Source: an uncultured Planctomycetales bacterium
Lineage (GTDB): Bacteria; Omnitrophota; Gorgyraeia; Zapsychrales; JAHFFX01
Length of the DNA stretch: 64,000 bases
Direction: 5' to 3'
NCBI GenBank assembly: GCA_964372915.1
Contig: CAYJRN010000002.1
Coordinates: forward strand, 1,409-65,408
The position numbers and the translations under genes are program-made. A model generated the notes under the pieces. That model did no database searches. It worked only from the letters and a program-made list of their open reading frames with translations, and was not told the DNA's origin. Shown one piece after another: positions 18,088 to 26,406 of the stretch; the first letter of the stretch is position 1, and every line of letters starts with the position of its first letter.

Positions 18088-19017
18088 ATGGCTTTCGAAC
18101 CTTTTGCGAAAAAAGAGTTGAGTGTTTTTCTAAAAAACCTTTTATCTACTTCATTAGCTTTATTAGAAAAAAAAGAAAAAAAAGTCTGGTTAGTTTTAGC
18201 CGTTGTAGTGATAGGGTGCTTGTACTACTTGATGTTTCTTAAACCCAAATTTCAAACGGCCTTGGATTTGAAACGCCAGGAACAGACGTTTAAGAAACAA
18301 TGGCAGGCGATCGCGGCCCAGTACCCGGATCTCGCGAACGCTCAAGCTGAGCTTAAAAGGACCAAAGAAAAAATCGGCGAAATTAAATTCAAGATGCAGG
18401 ATATCGAAAGCAAGCTCTTGAGAGAATCTCAGTTGTCGCTGTTTTTGACGGAACTCATTAAGTGCGCCCAAGGTTTGAGCATCGATTTTCAGTCCGTGAA
18501 GCAGAGTGAGGAGACGGATAAGACCGGATTCTTAGCGCTTCTCATCGAGATGAAATTTGAATCGAACTACGAAGATATGCTCAACTATCTTCAAAGGGTC
18601 GAAGGGATTTCTCCCTTTGTGAAAGTGGAGGACATTGAAGTGACGCCAAGCAAGGCCGATCCCAGTGGAATAACGGCAACCGTTTTAAAGTTGAGCGCAT
18701 TGATGTCCTCAGATCCCAACAGCAATACCCCTCTGTCAACCGTGTGCTCGGCGGACATGGGAACTAAGCTCAGCGTCAACCATAATCCCCTGGCGCCGAT
18801 TATGAAGAAAGCGGAAACAGTAGGATGGAAAAAGCGCGGCGTCAAACTGGAAGGAATCACCTTCAGCGCTTCCGGACCCAATTCAAGTGCCATCATCAAT
18901 GATGCGGTGGTGAAAGAAGGGGACGAACTCAACGGGAACACAGTGGAGAAGATTTTGCCGGATGCGGTTATCTTAAACGACGGAAAAGAAAGTTTTAGAG
19001 TTAACATGGAGCGATGA
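18088..19017 (+). CDS. PilO-like protein fused to a PilP-like C-terminal beta domain
   Basis: TM plus coiled coil plus ferredoxin-like section, then GITFSASGPNSSAIINDAVVKEGDELNGNTVEKILPDAVILNDG resembling PilP. It overlaps the secretin start. Confidence 0.5.
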   Translation: MAFEPFAKKELSVFLKNLLSTSLALLEKKEKKVWLVLAVVVIGCLYYLMFLKPKFQTALDLKRQEQTFKKQWQAIAAQYPDLANAQAELKRTKEKIGEIKFKMQDIESKLLRESQLSLFLTELIKCAQGLSIDFQSVKQSEETDKTGFLALLIEMKFESNYEDMLNYLQRVEGISPFVKVEDIEVTPSKADPSGITATVLKLSALMSSDPNSNTPLSTVCSADMGTKLSVNHNPLAPIMKKAETVGWKKRGVKLEGITFSASGPNSSAIINDAVVKEGDELNGNTVEKILPDAVILNDGKESFRVNMER

Positions 19018-20810
19018 AAATTCTTATGAACCAATCTCAACAATCCGTTTTAAAAATTGTCAGTCTTGCCTCGCGTTTGATCCCTGGGGCGCTCATAGTT
19101 TTTCTTTTGAGCCTTCCTTCCTCGGCGCAGGAAGCTTCCAATACAGATGAAAAATCCGCCCCGCACCAATTTGGTGCGCCGATAAAAGATCTTGGATCCT
19201 CGGCCGTTGAGCCAAAGGTTGAGCCCAACAAAGATCCTTTGAAAGAAAAAGTTTCGCTCGACTACAAAGAAGCCGATATCGTGAATATTCTGCGCTCCTT
19301 AAGTCACACGTACGGGCTGAATCTGGTGACGGCTCCGGATCTTAAAGGCAAGGTGACCGTTTCGCTTAAAGACGTGACGGTTGAAGATGCGCTCGATGTC
19401 ATCTTGTCGGCCAACGGCTACAGTTATTCCCGTAAAGGCAACATCCTTTATGTCATCGCCGGCGCCTCCGACACCGCGCAATTGGTCAGTGAACCCATCT
19501 TAATGAATTACATCAAGGCGGCGGAGGCGCAGAATTTTTTACGCAAGGTCCTTTCCTCCAAAGGTGATATGAAAGTGGATGAACTCTCCAATATGATCCT
19601 GGTGACCGATTATCCCGCCAACATTGAAAAGCTCAAGGTTCTTTTGAAAACGGTGGATCAGGCCCCTCAACAGGTTTTGATCGAGGTCAAGATCGTGGAT
19701 ATCACCTCCCAGGATCTTGAGAATATGGGGGTGACCTGGAATGCGGATTACAATCCGGGCGGAGGTTTGTTTACTCGTGACTCTTTAGCCAAGGAACGTC
19801 TAACCGGGACCGCGAAGTTTGGGGGGCCGTCTTCAAGTCTTTCCGGCGGCCAGTTCAAAGTCGATACGCTGACCCTCAAGGATTTCACGATGACGGCGAC
19901 GATTGATGCTCTGGTGCAGGACCGCAAAGCTAATCTTTTGGCCTCCCCTTCGATCGCGGTTTTAAATAACCGCGAGGCCCGCATCATCATCGGCGAAAAA
20001 GTCCCTTACAAAGAACGAACCCAAACTACGACCGGAACCACCGAAACCACCAAGTTCATTGACGTGGGGACGACGCTGCGCGTAACGCCGTCCATCAACG
20101 CCGACGGATACATCACGATGATGATCCACCCGGAAGTCTCCTCCGTCACCTCGCTTCTGGATGCCGGCCCGCGCATCACGACCCGCGAGGCCGACACGAT
20201 GGTGCGGGTGAAGGAGGGCGAGACGATCGTCATCGGAGGTTTGATCAAACAAGAAGACAGCAGCATCCGCTCCGGAATGCCGTTCTTGGGTAGAATTCCT
20301 ATCTTGGGACTACTGTTCAGCAACCGCGGCAAGGATCAGCTGCAGACGGAACTGGCGGTTTTCATAACGCCCAAAATTCTGCGCTCCCGCGATGAAATGC
20401 GGGCTCAAAGAAAAAACGTCTATGAAGAAGAGGCCATCGTTAATGTGATGGCCACCGGCAGTCTGAGCGCCCAAATGATGCTGATGGAAAAAGCCCGGAA
20501 TCTGGAAACGGGAGAGGGGCTTGAATCCAGAAGAAAGGATGACTGGGAAAGAAAAAGACAGGCCGCGAGTATTTACGAATCCGTTTTTACCCAGTTCCCG
20601 GACGGTCCCAAGGCTCCTGAGGCCGGATATCGCGCCGCGTTGATTTACTACGGGAATCTGGGGGAATACCGCCACGCCAAGGACATATGTCAACAGCTCA
20701 TTTCTGATTATCCCGGTTCTCCTTTTGCCGGTCGGGCCAAGGGAGTGTACCGCCGAATTGAAACGGTTCTTAAAGGGCAGGCGGCCGCTAAAAAAAATGG
20801 GAGAAAATGA
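19014..20810 (+). CDS. pilQ: Secretin (PilQ/GspD family) with a C-terminal TPR-like extension
   Basis: Secretin core AVLNNREARIIIGEKVPY...VKEGETIVIGGLIKQEDSSIRSGMPFLGRIPILGLLFSN...ELAVFITPKIL. The extra ~130-aa C-terminus contains YRAALIYYGNLGEYRHAKDICQQLISDYPGSPFAGRA. Confidence 0.85.
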   Translation: MKILMNQSQQSVLKIVSLASRLIPGALIVFLLSLPSSAQEASNTDEKSAPHQFGAPIKDLGSSAVEPKVEPNKDPLKEKVSLDYKEADIVNILRSLSHTYGLNLVTAPDLKGKVTVSLKDVTVEDALDVILSANGYSYSRKGNILYVIAGASDTAQLVSEPILMNYIKAAEAQNFLRKVLSSKGDMKVDELSNMILVTDYPANIEKLKVLLKTVDQAPQQVLIEVKIVDITSQDLENMGVTWNADYNPGGGLFTRDSLAKERLTGTAKFGGPSSSLSGGQFKVDTLTLKDFTMTATIDALVQDRKANLLASPSIAVLNNREARIIIGEKVPYKERTQTTTGTTETTKFIDVGTTLRVTPSINADGYITMMIHPEVSSVTSLLDAGPRITTREADTMVRVKEGETIVIGGLIKQEDSSIRSGMPFLGRIPILGLLFSNRGKDQLQTELAVFITPKILRSRDEMRAQRKNVYEEEAIVNVMATGSLSAQMMLMEKARNLETGEGLESRRKDDWERKRQAASIYESVFTQFPDGPKAPEAGYRAALIYYGNLGEYRHAKDICQQLISDYPGSPFAGRAKGVYRRIETVLKGQAAAKKNGRK

Positions 20811-22024
20811 CGACGTTCGTTTACAAGGCGAGAGACTTGAGGGGAAAATCGATCCGCGGCGTCATTGAGGCGGACAGCGAGGTGAACGCGGCCGCGTATA
20901 TTGAACGATTGTCCTTAAGTCCCGTTGCCATTTCCTCTCAATCCGAAGTTGATAGTTTCATTGCTTCTTTTGAACGAAGGTTTCAGCGGATTTCCCATCA
21001 GGAAGTTTTGGTTTTTACCCGCCAGCTCTCCACGCTCATTTCCACCGGCGTGCCCCTTATCCAGACCCTTGAAAATGTCGGGCAGCAGACCGGCAATCCC
21101 CGTTTTAAGGAAGTTGTTGTGGGGCTTATCGATTCCATTAAAAGTGGGGCGAGTTTTTCCGCGGCCCTGTCACGGTATCCTTTGATTTTCTCCAACCTTT
21201 ACATCAGTATGATCCGCGTGGGGGAAACGGCTGGCCTGCTCGATAAAGTTCTTAAGCGCCTGGCCGATCTGAGTACCCAGGACATTGATTTGCGCAGCCG
21301 CTTGCGGGCGGCCTTGATTTATCCTTGCGTCCTTGCGATCGTCGCGTTTCTAATCGTCAATTTCGTGATGATCGGTGTCTTGCCTAAGTTTGTGGCGATT
21401 TTTGAAGCCTCCGAAGCCAAACTTCCATGGCCGACGGTGATGCTGCTGGCGGTCAGTGATTTTTTGCGCGCCTATTGGTGGGTTTTGGGACTTGGCCTCA
21501 CCTTTCTTTCTATGACGCTGCGTTCGTATTACCGCACCCCCGAAGGGAAATTCAAAATTGATGGGATGGTGCTTAACTTGCCGATGGCGGGACCGCTCGT
21601 CTTGAAAGTTTTGGTGTGCCGCTTTTCCAGATCCATTGCGGCTCTGACCAGGTCCGGGGTTCCGGTCTTGGAAGCCTTGACGGTCATCGAAAGTACCATC
21701 GAAAATTCCGTTTTGCAGCGCATCATTGCGAATGTCCGTGAGGCCGTATCCGGCGGCCAGAGTTTAACGGAGCCCTTTGAGGCCTCGGGGCTGTTCCCTC
21801 CCATGGTCATACAGCTCATTAACACAGGGGAGCGTTCGGGAAAACTGGGGGAAATGTTCGATCAGATCGCCGATTTTTATGAGCCGGAAGTGGAATTCAC
21901 GGTCCGCAACTTAACAAGTATTCTCGAACCGGTTATGCTTTTAGTGATGGGCGTCATTGTCTCGTTCATTTCCTTGTCCGTGCTTTTGCCGATCTTCAAC
22001 TTGATTAAGATCATACGGAGATAA
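20807..22024 (+). CDS. pilC: Type II secretion / type IV pilus inner-membrane platform protein (GspF/PilC)
   Basis: Two GspF-type repeats with three TM segments; 405 aa. The start overlaps the secretin stop. Confidence 0.9.
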   Translation: MTTFVYKARDLRGKSIRGVIEADSEVNAAAYIERLSLSPVAISSQSEVDSFIASFERRFQRISHQEVLVFTRQLSTLISTGVPLIQTLENVGQQTGNPRFKEVVVGLIDSIKSGASFSAALSRYPLIFSNLYISMIRVGETAGLLDKVLKRLADLSTQDIDLRSRLRAALIYPCVLAIVAFLIVNFVMIGVLPKFVAIFEASEAKLPWPTVMLLAVSDFLRAYWWVLGLGLTFLSMTLRSYYRTPEGKFKIDGMVLNLPMAGPLVLKVLVCRFSRSIAALTRSGVPVLEALTVIESTIENSVLQRIIANVREAVSGGQSLTEPFEASGLFPPMVIQLINTGERSGKLGEMFDQIADFYEPEVEFTVRNLTSILEPVMLLVMGVIVSFISLSVLLPIFNLIKIIRR

Positions 22025-22030
22025 GTTCAA

Positions 22031-22561
22031 ATGGGCGACCCAACAACCCAACAACCCAACAACCCAGCTATCAAACAAAAATTTCGGGTCATTGGGTCCC
22101 TGAGTCCATGGTTTGCTAGATTAAAGGCCTTTACTCTCCTGGAACTGCTCATTGTCATTTCGATTATCGCCATCCTAGCCGCTACGATTGTTCCTAACTT
22201 CATTGGTTTTGACGCTGAGGCTAGAATCTCGGCGACCTTGACCAATCTCAATACCTTGCGCACGCGGATTTCTCTTTATCGCGCCAAGGAAGGCCAGTAT
22301 CCGACGTCTTTAAACGATCTTTTGACCAAAACCTACAATGATATGGGCGTAGAGCAGTATTATCTGGAAAAAATACCGCCGGAGATGATTTCAGCGAAAT
22401 CCGGCGACAGTACGATGGAAGATTTAAAAATCGATGAGGAGCAAAACGGAGACGGCGGCTGGATTTATCTGGTGGATAAAGCCAAGGTGCTGGTGGACTT
22501 AAAAGAACCTCTCGACGGCAAGTGGGGCAGCCGAAAGGGCGAAAAGCCGATGGAATGGTAA
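22031..22561 (+). CDS. Major pseudopilin/pilin with prepilin-type N-terminal domain (GspG-like)
   Basis: KAFTLLELLIVISIIAILAATIVP class III signal motif with the invariant Glu; unusually long ~30-aa leader. Confidence 0.7.
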   Translation: MGDPTTQQPNNPAIKQKFRVIGSLSPWFARLKAFTLLELLIVISIIAILAATIVPNFIGFDAEARISATLTNLNTLRTRISLYRAKEGQYPTSLNDLLTKTYNDMGVEQYYLEKIPPEMISAKSGDSTMEDLKIDEEQNGDGGWIYLVDKAKVLVDLKEPLDGKWGSRKGEKPMEW

Positions 22562-22589
22562 TGGAAGCTGGGTAGCCAGTATCAGGGGT

Positions 22590-22961
22590 ATGAAAATGAT
22601 TTCCTTCCAGACAAACACAGGAGCCATACTTCTCATTGTGCTCATTATGATGGTCACGGTTTCTCTTTTGGGGGCAACGCTGGTATCGTTGTATTTCAAC
22701 GTTTTGTCTTCAGGCCAGATTGAGCTTTACCGGGCCCAGGCGTTGTACCTGGCGGAGGCAGGGCTCGCCCAGGCCGTCAGCGCGCTTAAATCCCAGGCGG
22801 GAAGCGCGAGCTCTTCCGAACTTAAGAAAATTATTTCTGCGACGCCTTTGGGAGAAGGAACCTATGAGGCCTATAACGATCTCAGTCAGTCAACGATTGT
22901 TGCCATGGGACAGAGTCACGACGTCAAACGCAGCGTTCAGCTCAAGTATGGGGCGTTTTAA
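22590..22961 (+). CDS. PilX-like minor pilin
   Basis: NTGAILLIVLIMMVTVSLLGATLVSL hydrophobic N-terminus typical of the PilX_N domain. Confidence 0.45.
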   Translation: MKMISFQTNTGAILLIVLIMMVTVSLLGATLVSLYFNVLSSGQIELYRAQALYLAEAGLAQAVSALKSQAGSASSSELKKIISATPLGEGTYEAYNDLSQSTIVAMGQSHDVKRSVQLKYGAF

Positions 22962-23388
22962 GCGAAGCGGACGTCCAACGTGCTTGGGACGTCGAGGCTT
23001 TACATATATTGAAGTTATGATCACCCTGGCGATTTTGGCGATCCTGTTTGTTCCGATGATGCAGTTGTTCTCGCACGCGCTTTATTCCGCCGCCGACTCG
23101 GGGGATTTGATGACAGCCATCAATTTGGTTGAAGTCCATATGGAAAAAATAAAAAATTTAAGCCTGACCAAAGCGCAGCTTAAAGAAAAGGGGGACCAGT
23201 GGACCCCGAAACTGGACGAACCGCCTTTGGAGATGAACAAGGCGAAATGGCGGGTGCTGTCGCGTTTTCAACCGGATACGGATCCGTTGGAAGTGAACGT
23301 GGAGGTGTATTTGGCCGACAACTTGACAAAACCGGTGACCTCGCTCGCGACTTTGATTGAGGACAATCTATGGCTCGAAAACAACTAG
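22948..23388 (+). CDS. Minor pseudopilin with prepilin-type N-terminus
   Basis: Class III signal motif GFTYIEVMITLAILAILFVP. Start reassigned to the M at 22948 inside ORF 22720..23388. Confidence 0.6.
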   Translation: MGRFKRSGRPTCLGRRGFTYIEVMITLAILAILFVPMMQLFSHALYSAADSGDLMTAINLVEVHMEKIKNLSLTKAQLKEKGDQWTPKLDEPPLEMNKAKWRVLSRFQPDTDPLEVNVEVYLADNLTKPVTSLATLIEDNLWLENN

Positions 23389-23430
23389 CGTGGCGCGTCA
23401 TAAATCTATTTATATTTGAATTCTTGTTAT

Positions 23431-23511
23431 TGTGTCATCGCGAGGAGGAGCGTTTTACAGCGACGACGAAGCAATCCTTTAAGAGATTGCTTCGCCTCGC
23501 TCGCAATGACA
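23431..23511 (+). promoter_or_regulatory. Nested long hairpin between pseudopilin genes. The inner perfect 9-bp stem is GAAGCAATC/GATTGCTTC, with outer arms TGTCATCGCGAGG/CCTCGCTCGCAATGACA.
   Basis: Inverted repeats read directly in the 23389-23575 spacer. Confidence 0.4.
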
Positions 23512-23575
23512 CCCAAATGTCAAGAAGCGTTAGACGCACCACACTAGGGCTTTGTTTCTTATTGTGAGAGAAGAG

Positions 23576-24829
23576 GTGACAGTTACCTTTAGCGGGGACA
23601 GGCAGCGGGTGGGGCTACCTCTTAAGGGTTTGACCAAGGGGCTTACGCTCATTGAATTATTGATTGCGATCTCGGTTTCGCTGATGATCGCGGCCGCTTT
23701 GTATTTTAGCTTAAACAGCGCTGTGGAAAGCTGGGAAGTCACCCAGGATCAATTGATCCTGCAGCATGTGCTCTCAAGCGTCATGGAGGAGTTGAGTGAA
23801 GGCATGAGCGGCTGGGGCATTCGCGATGGCCTTGAGATTACTGAGGCCTTGGATCAGAAATTGTCGATGGTGATGCCTTTTAGCGACGACAGCCACGAGG
23901 TCTTCTCCGGGGTCTTTATCTACAAACTTGCTAGACGCATGAAACCCGGGACCGGGATTCCGATCGCCGAGGCGCTTTTGCCGGGAAGTCAGGAATACAC
24001 CGGGATTCCCATTCGCCTGATTGATCCGGGCGCTAGCGACGCGCCGCCTCAGGTATACCTGCAGGTGAAATTACCGCTGGGGACGAAGTTACGCCTCACG
24101 TATCATCCTGATCCGGCTAAAAACCCTGATCTTCTGGTCACGTTTTTTTATGACGCGGCGCGAAGTGCCGTCGCGATTGAGGACTCTCAAGGTATTCGGG
24201 AAATATCCAAAAATCCTTTCGGGGTCAAGATTGAGCGGTTTCTGATTCGTTATTTTGACAACGCGAACAATGCAGTGGGTTCGAATGGTTCCGTGTCTTC
24301 TTTGGAAATGCCCAGGATTTCGGGAATAGAAATTTCTCTTTCGGCCAAAAGCAAAAGCGGCAACGTCCGCGAGGCGCAGAAATTCATTGCCATGAGAAAC
24401 GCTCAGTCGCGCACCGGCAACATTCCCTTAAAAGAAGGGATGCGTTTTGAAATTCCGGATTCGGCTCACATCAAGGCGTTGTTGTTGACGAACTTTTACG
24501 GCGTTGACAATGAAGACACCATGGTAGTTCTGGCCCGCCCTTCCTCCGGGGAGGAATGGCGGGTGTCGCTCAAATTTTCAAAGTCCCAAGGGCTCGCTCC
24601 GGCGGTCTTGGATTCTTATATCGTTGAATATCCGCCGGGCAATCAGGTGTACGCGGATAAACCACGCGTGAGTCTTGAAATGGGCCTGAACCTTTTGAGC
24701 CTGGGACCCGATGGCCGCTACGATTATGACGACGATGCGGCCGAAGATAGAGTGAAATTGGAGGGACCCGTGATTTTTGAGGTCAAGAGAATGAGCATGA
24801 CCGGGGCCTCGGTATTGGTGAGACCATGA
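23576..24829 (+). CDS. Large minor pseudopilin (GspJ/K or PilW-like) with prepilin-type N-terminus
   Basis: Class III motif KGLTLIELLIAISVSLMIAAALYF. There is no in-frame ATG upstream of the motif, so a GTG start (23576 or 23609) is inferred. Confidence 0.55.
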   Translation: MTVTFSGDRQRVGLPLKGLTKGLTLIELLIAISVSLMIAAALYFSLNSAVESWEVTQDQLILQHVLSSVMEELSEGMSGWGIRDGLEITEALDQKLSMVMPFSDDSHEVFSGVFIYKLARRMKPGTGIPIAEALLPGSQEYTGIPIRLIDPGASDAPPQVYLQVKLPLGTKLRLTYHPDPAKNPDLLVTFFYDAARSAVAIEDSQGIREISKNPFGVKIERFLIRYFDNANNAVGSNGSVSSLEMPRISGIEISLSAKSKSGNVREAQKFIAMRNAQSRTGNIPLKEGMRFEIPDSAHIKALLLTNFYGVDNEDTMVVLARPSSGEEWRVSLKFSKSQGLAPAVLDSYIVEYPPGNQVYADKPRVSLEMGLNLLSLGPDGRYDYDDDAAEDRVKLEGPVIFEVKRMSMTGASVLVRP

Positions 24830-24916
24830 GACGAAGAACGAGAAACGAGAGACGTGGAACGCAGGAGGATCAGTCGTCAGCTTTCAACGGAATGTGGAGC
24901 GTGGAGGTTGGACTGG

Positions 24917-25018
24917 TTAATGGGAATGTTTTTGTTTCTTTTCACGTATATGATCTATGTACATCAGGATTAGGACAAGAGCCAGAAAAAGCAGCCCTGC
25001 GGATAGCATTAACATCAT
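24917..25018 (-). CDS. Candidate 33-aa single-TM small protein (MMLMLSAGLLFLALVLILMYIDHIREKKQKHSH)
   Basis: Own reverse-strand translation. An AAGGAGA ribosome-binding site sits 4 nt upstream of the ATG; hydrophobic helix followed by a basic tail. It lies in an otherwise gene-poor ~500-bp gap. Confidence 0.25.
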   Translation of the reverse strand: MMLMLSAGLLFLALVLILMYIDHIREKKQKHSH

Positions 25019-25317
25019 TGGTCTCCTTTTTTGCGTGGTCGAATAAAAATGCTGCCGAGCAGAAAAATAATAAATACGCCAAACAGAGCCTATTTCATCG
25101 ACAAGGGGAATTTTTTAAAGAAGGAGCTGGCCAACCCGACGGCAAAGATTGTTTTGGCCAGATCGGCCACGATTTTAGCGATAAATTCCCTTCGGGTTTC
25201 GTCAATGATTCTCATGGGAACACAAGAGTAGCATGGACTGACGGAGGTGTCAAACGGGGATTCCCTCGTCCATCCCGGGCTTTCGTGAACGGCGGGTTGG
25301 GGCGGGACGAGGGACGT

Positions 25318-25347
25318 ATCGTCCATCGTCCATCATCCATCATCCAT
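25318..25347. repeat. Heptanucleotide tandem repeat (ATCGTCC ATCGTCC ATCATCC ATCATCC, 4 units) ending 6 nt before the ATG at 25354
   Basis: Read directly. In the same frame as the downstream gene it encodes IVHRPSSIIHR. Confidence 0.7.
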
Positions 25348-25353
25348 CGGTTA

Positions 25354-25773
25354 ATGTTTGTCTTATGTTTCATACTTTTTTTTATTCCCGTCGCCGCCAT
25401 GGCCGCCGCAGACAAAACCTGGATCGGCGCCGGAGACAACGTGAGCTGGGAAGATAAAAACAACTGGCTGCCCAAGGGCGAGCCTATTATCACGGAGAGC
25501 GTTGTGGTCGATAAAAAGGATTCGACGGTGGTTATTTCCCAAACCTTCAAGGCCCTTTCTTTGTTGGTGGGCGGCCGGAATGCTTCCTTGAGGGTTCAGG
25601 ATTTTGTGAGCGGTGAGATCAACCCCCAGGACAAAACCGCTAAGGCTTTATACATCAAAAAAGGAGGCTTGGTCACGTTAATAAGCGACGGTCAGATTAC
25701 GCTTAAAGGAAGTTTTTTAAATACGGAAGAGACCTCAACCTCCGAACCGGCGTTTATGTTTAGTGTGGAATGA
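25354..25773 (+). CDS. Small secreted protein of unknown function. The start may lie upstream at a GTG (~25285), which would place the heptamer repeat inside the coding sequence.
   Basis: Signal-peptide-like MFVLCFILFFIPVAAMAAA followed by WIGAGDNVSWEDKNNWLPKGEP. The first ~175 aa of ORF 24826..25773 are judged non-coding. Confidence 0.5.
   Translation: MFVLCFILFFIPVAAMAAADKTWIGAGDNVSWEDKNNWLPKGEPIITESVVVDKKDSTVVISQTFKALSLLVGGRNASLRVQDFVSGEINPQDKTAKALYIKKGGLVTLISDGQITLKGSFLNTEETSTSEPAFMFSVE
25744..25773. repeat. 30-bp perfect direct repeat GAACCGGCGTTTATGTTTAGTGTGGAATGA, copy 1 (the last 9 codons plus stop of the 25354..25773 gene)
   Basis: Identical to 26300..26329. Confidence 0.9.
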
Positions 25774-25837
25774 AGGTTACAGGTTGAAGGGTGCAGGATG
25801 CAAAAAGGCAATGAAGATTGTATTTTAAAAACATGCA

Positions 25838-26062
25838 TTGTTGCAAATGGACGAACGCGGCGCCGATCGCGAGGAAGTCAGCGAAGCAATTATGCTGGGA
25901 GAAAAGCTTCCCGCCAAAAAAGACAGAGAGGCTTTCCGTCATAATTTTCAATTTAATGGAGTTTGGTTAGGAAAAAGATATAAGATGAAACAAGTAGTGC
26001 CGGTGGTGAAGGCGGAAGAAGGCCGGTATGTCCTCATTACCGTTTATGTGTTTTATTTTTAG
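25838..26062 (+). CDS. DUF4258-family protein (putative toxin of a DUF4258/DUF2283 pair)
   Basis: 74 aa ending in the ...RYVLITVYV motif characteristic of DUF4258, immediately upstream of a DUF2283 gene. Confidence 0.6.
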   Translation: MLQMDERGADREEVSEAIMLGEKLPAKKDREAFRHNFQFNGVWLGKRYKMKQVVPVVKAEEGRYVLITVYVFYF

Positions 26063-26076
26063 GGAGGGATAAATCG

Positions 26077-26298
26077 ATGAAAATCATTTACGATCCGCAA
26101 GTGGACGCGGTTTATGTTCGTCTGACCGAAAAAAAGACAAAGGTTACAACCCACCGCCTAAACGAAGATGTCGCCGTCAATTATGGGCCCCGGGGGGACA
26201 TCGTTGGTATCGAAATATTGTCGGCCAGGGAACATCTGCGTTTTAAGGGGGATTTACCAATTTTAGAAACAAGCCATTTAAGTTTGATGCCCGGTTAA
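26077..26298 (+). CDS. DUF2283-family protein (putative antitoxin partner)
   Basis: MKIIYDPQVDAVYVRL...GDIVGIEILSA matches the MKIxYDxEADALYIRL...GxLVGIEIL pattern of DUF2283. Confidence 0.7.
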   Translation: MKIIYDPQVDAVYVRLTEKKTKVTTHRLNEDVAVNYGPRGDIVGIEILSAREHLRFKGDLPILETSHLSLMPG

Positions 26299-26299
26299 T

Positions 26300-26329
26300 G
26301 AACCGGCGTTTATGTTTAGTGTGGAATGA
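26300..26329. repeat. 30-bp perfect direct repeat, copy 2, immediately after the DUF2283 stop codon
   Basis: Identical to 25744..25773. Confidence 0.9.
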
Positions 26330-26406
26330 TTCGTGAAGCGTATTTCAAGCGTATCTCGCAAGCGCTTTACGAATGACGCTTCACGAGATACGAAATAGGA
26401 GGACTC

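Noticed and set aside
22720-22947. Upstream part of ORF 22720..23388 overlapping the PilX-like gene in another frame
   Set aside because: The prepilin-type signal motif begins only after the internal M at 22948. The upstream 76 codons overlap a better-supported gene and are Arg/Pro-rich.
24826-25353. First 176 codons of ORF 24826..25773
   Set aside because: Low-complexity, Arg/Gly-rich sequence without start-proximal signals. The credible protein begins with the signal peptide at 25354, or a GTG near 25285.
25744-26329. Integron gene cassette (TA genes are typical cassette cargo)
   Set aside because: No intI, no attI, and the 30-bp repeats lack attC features (imperfect palindrome with GTTRRRY cores).
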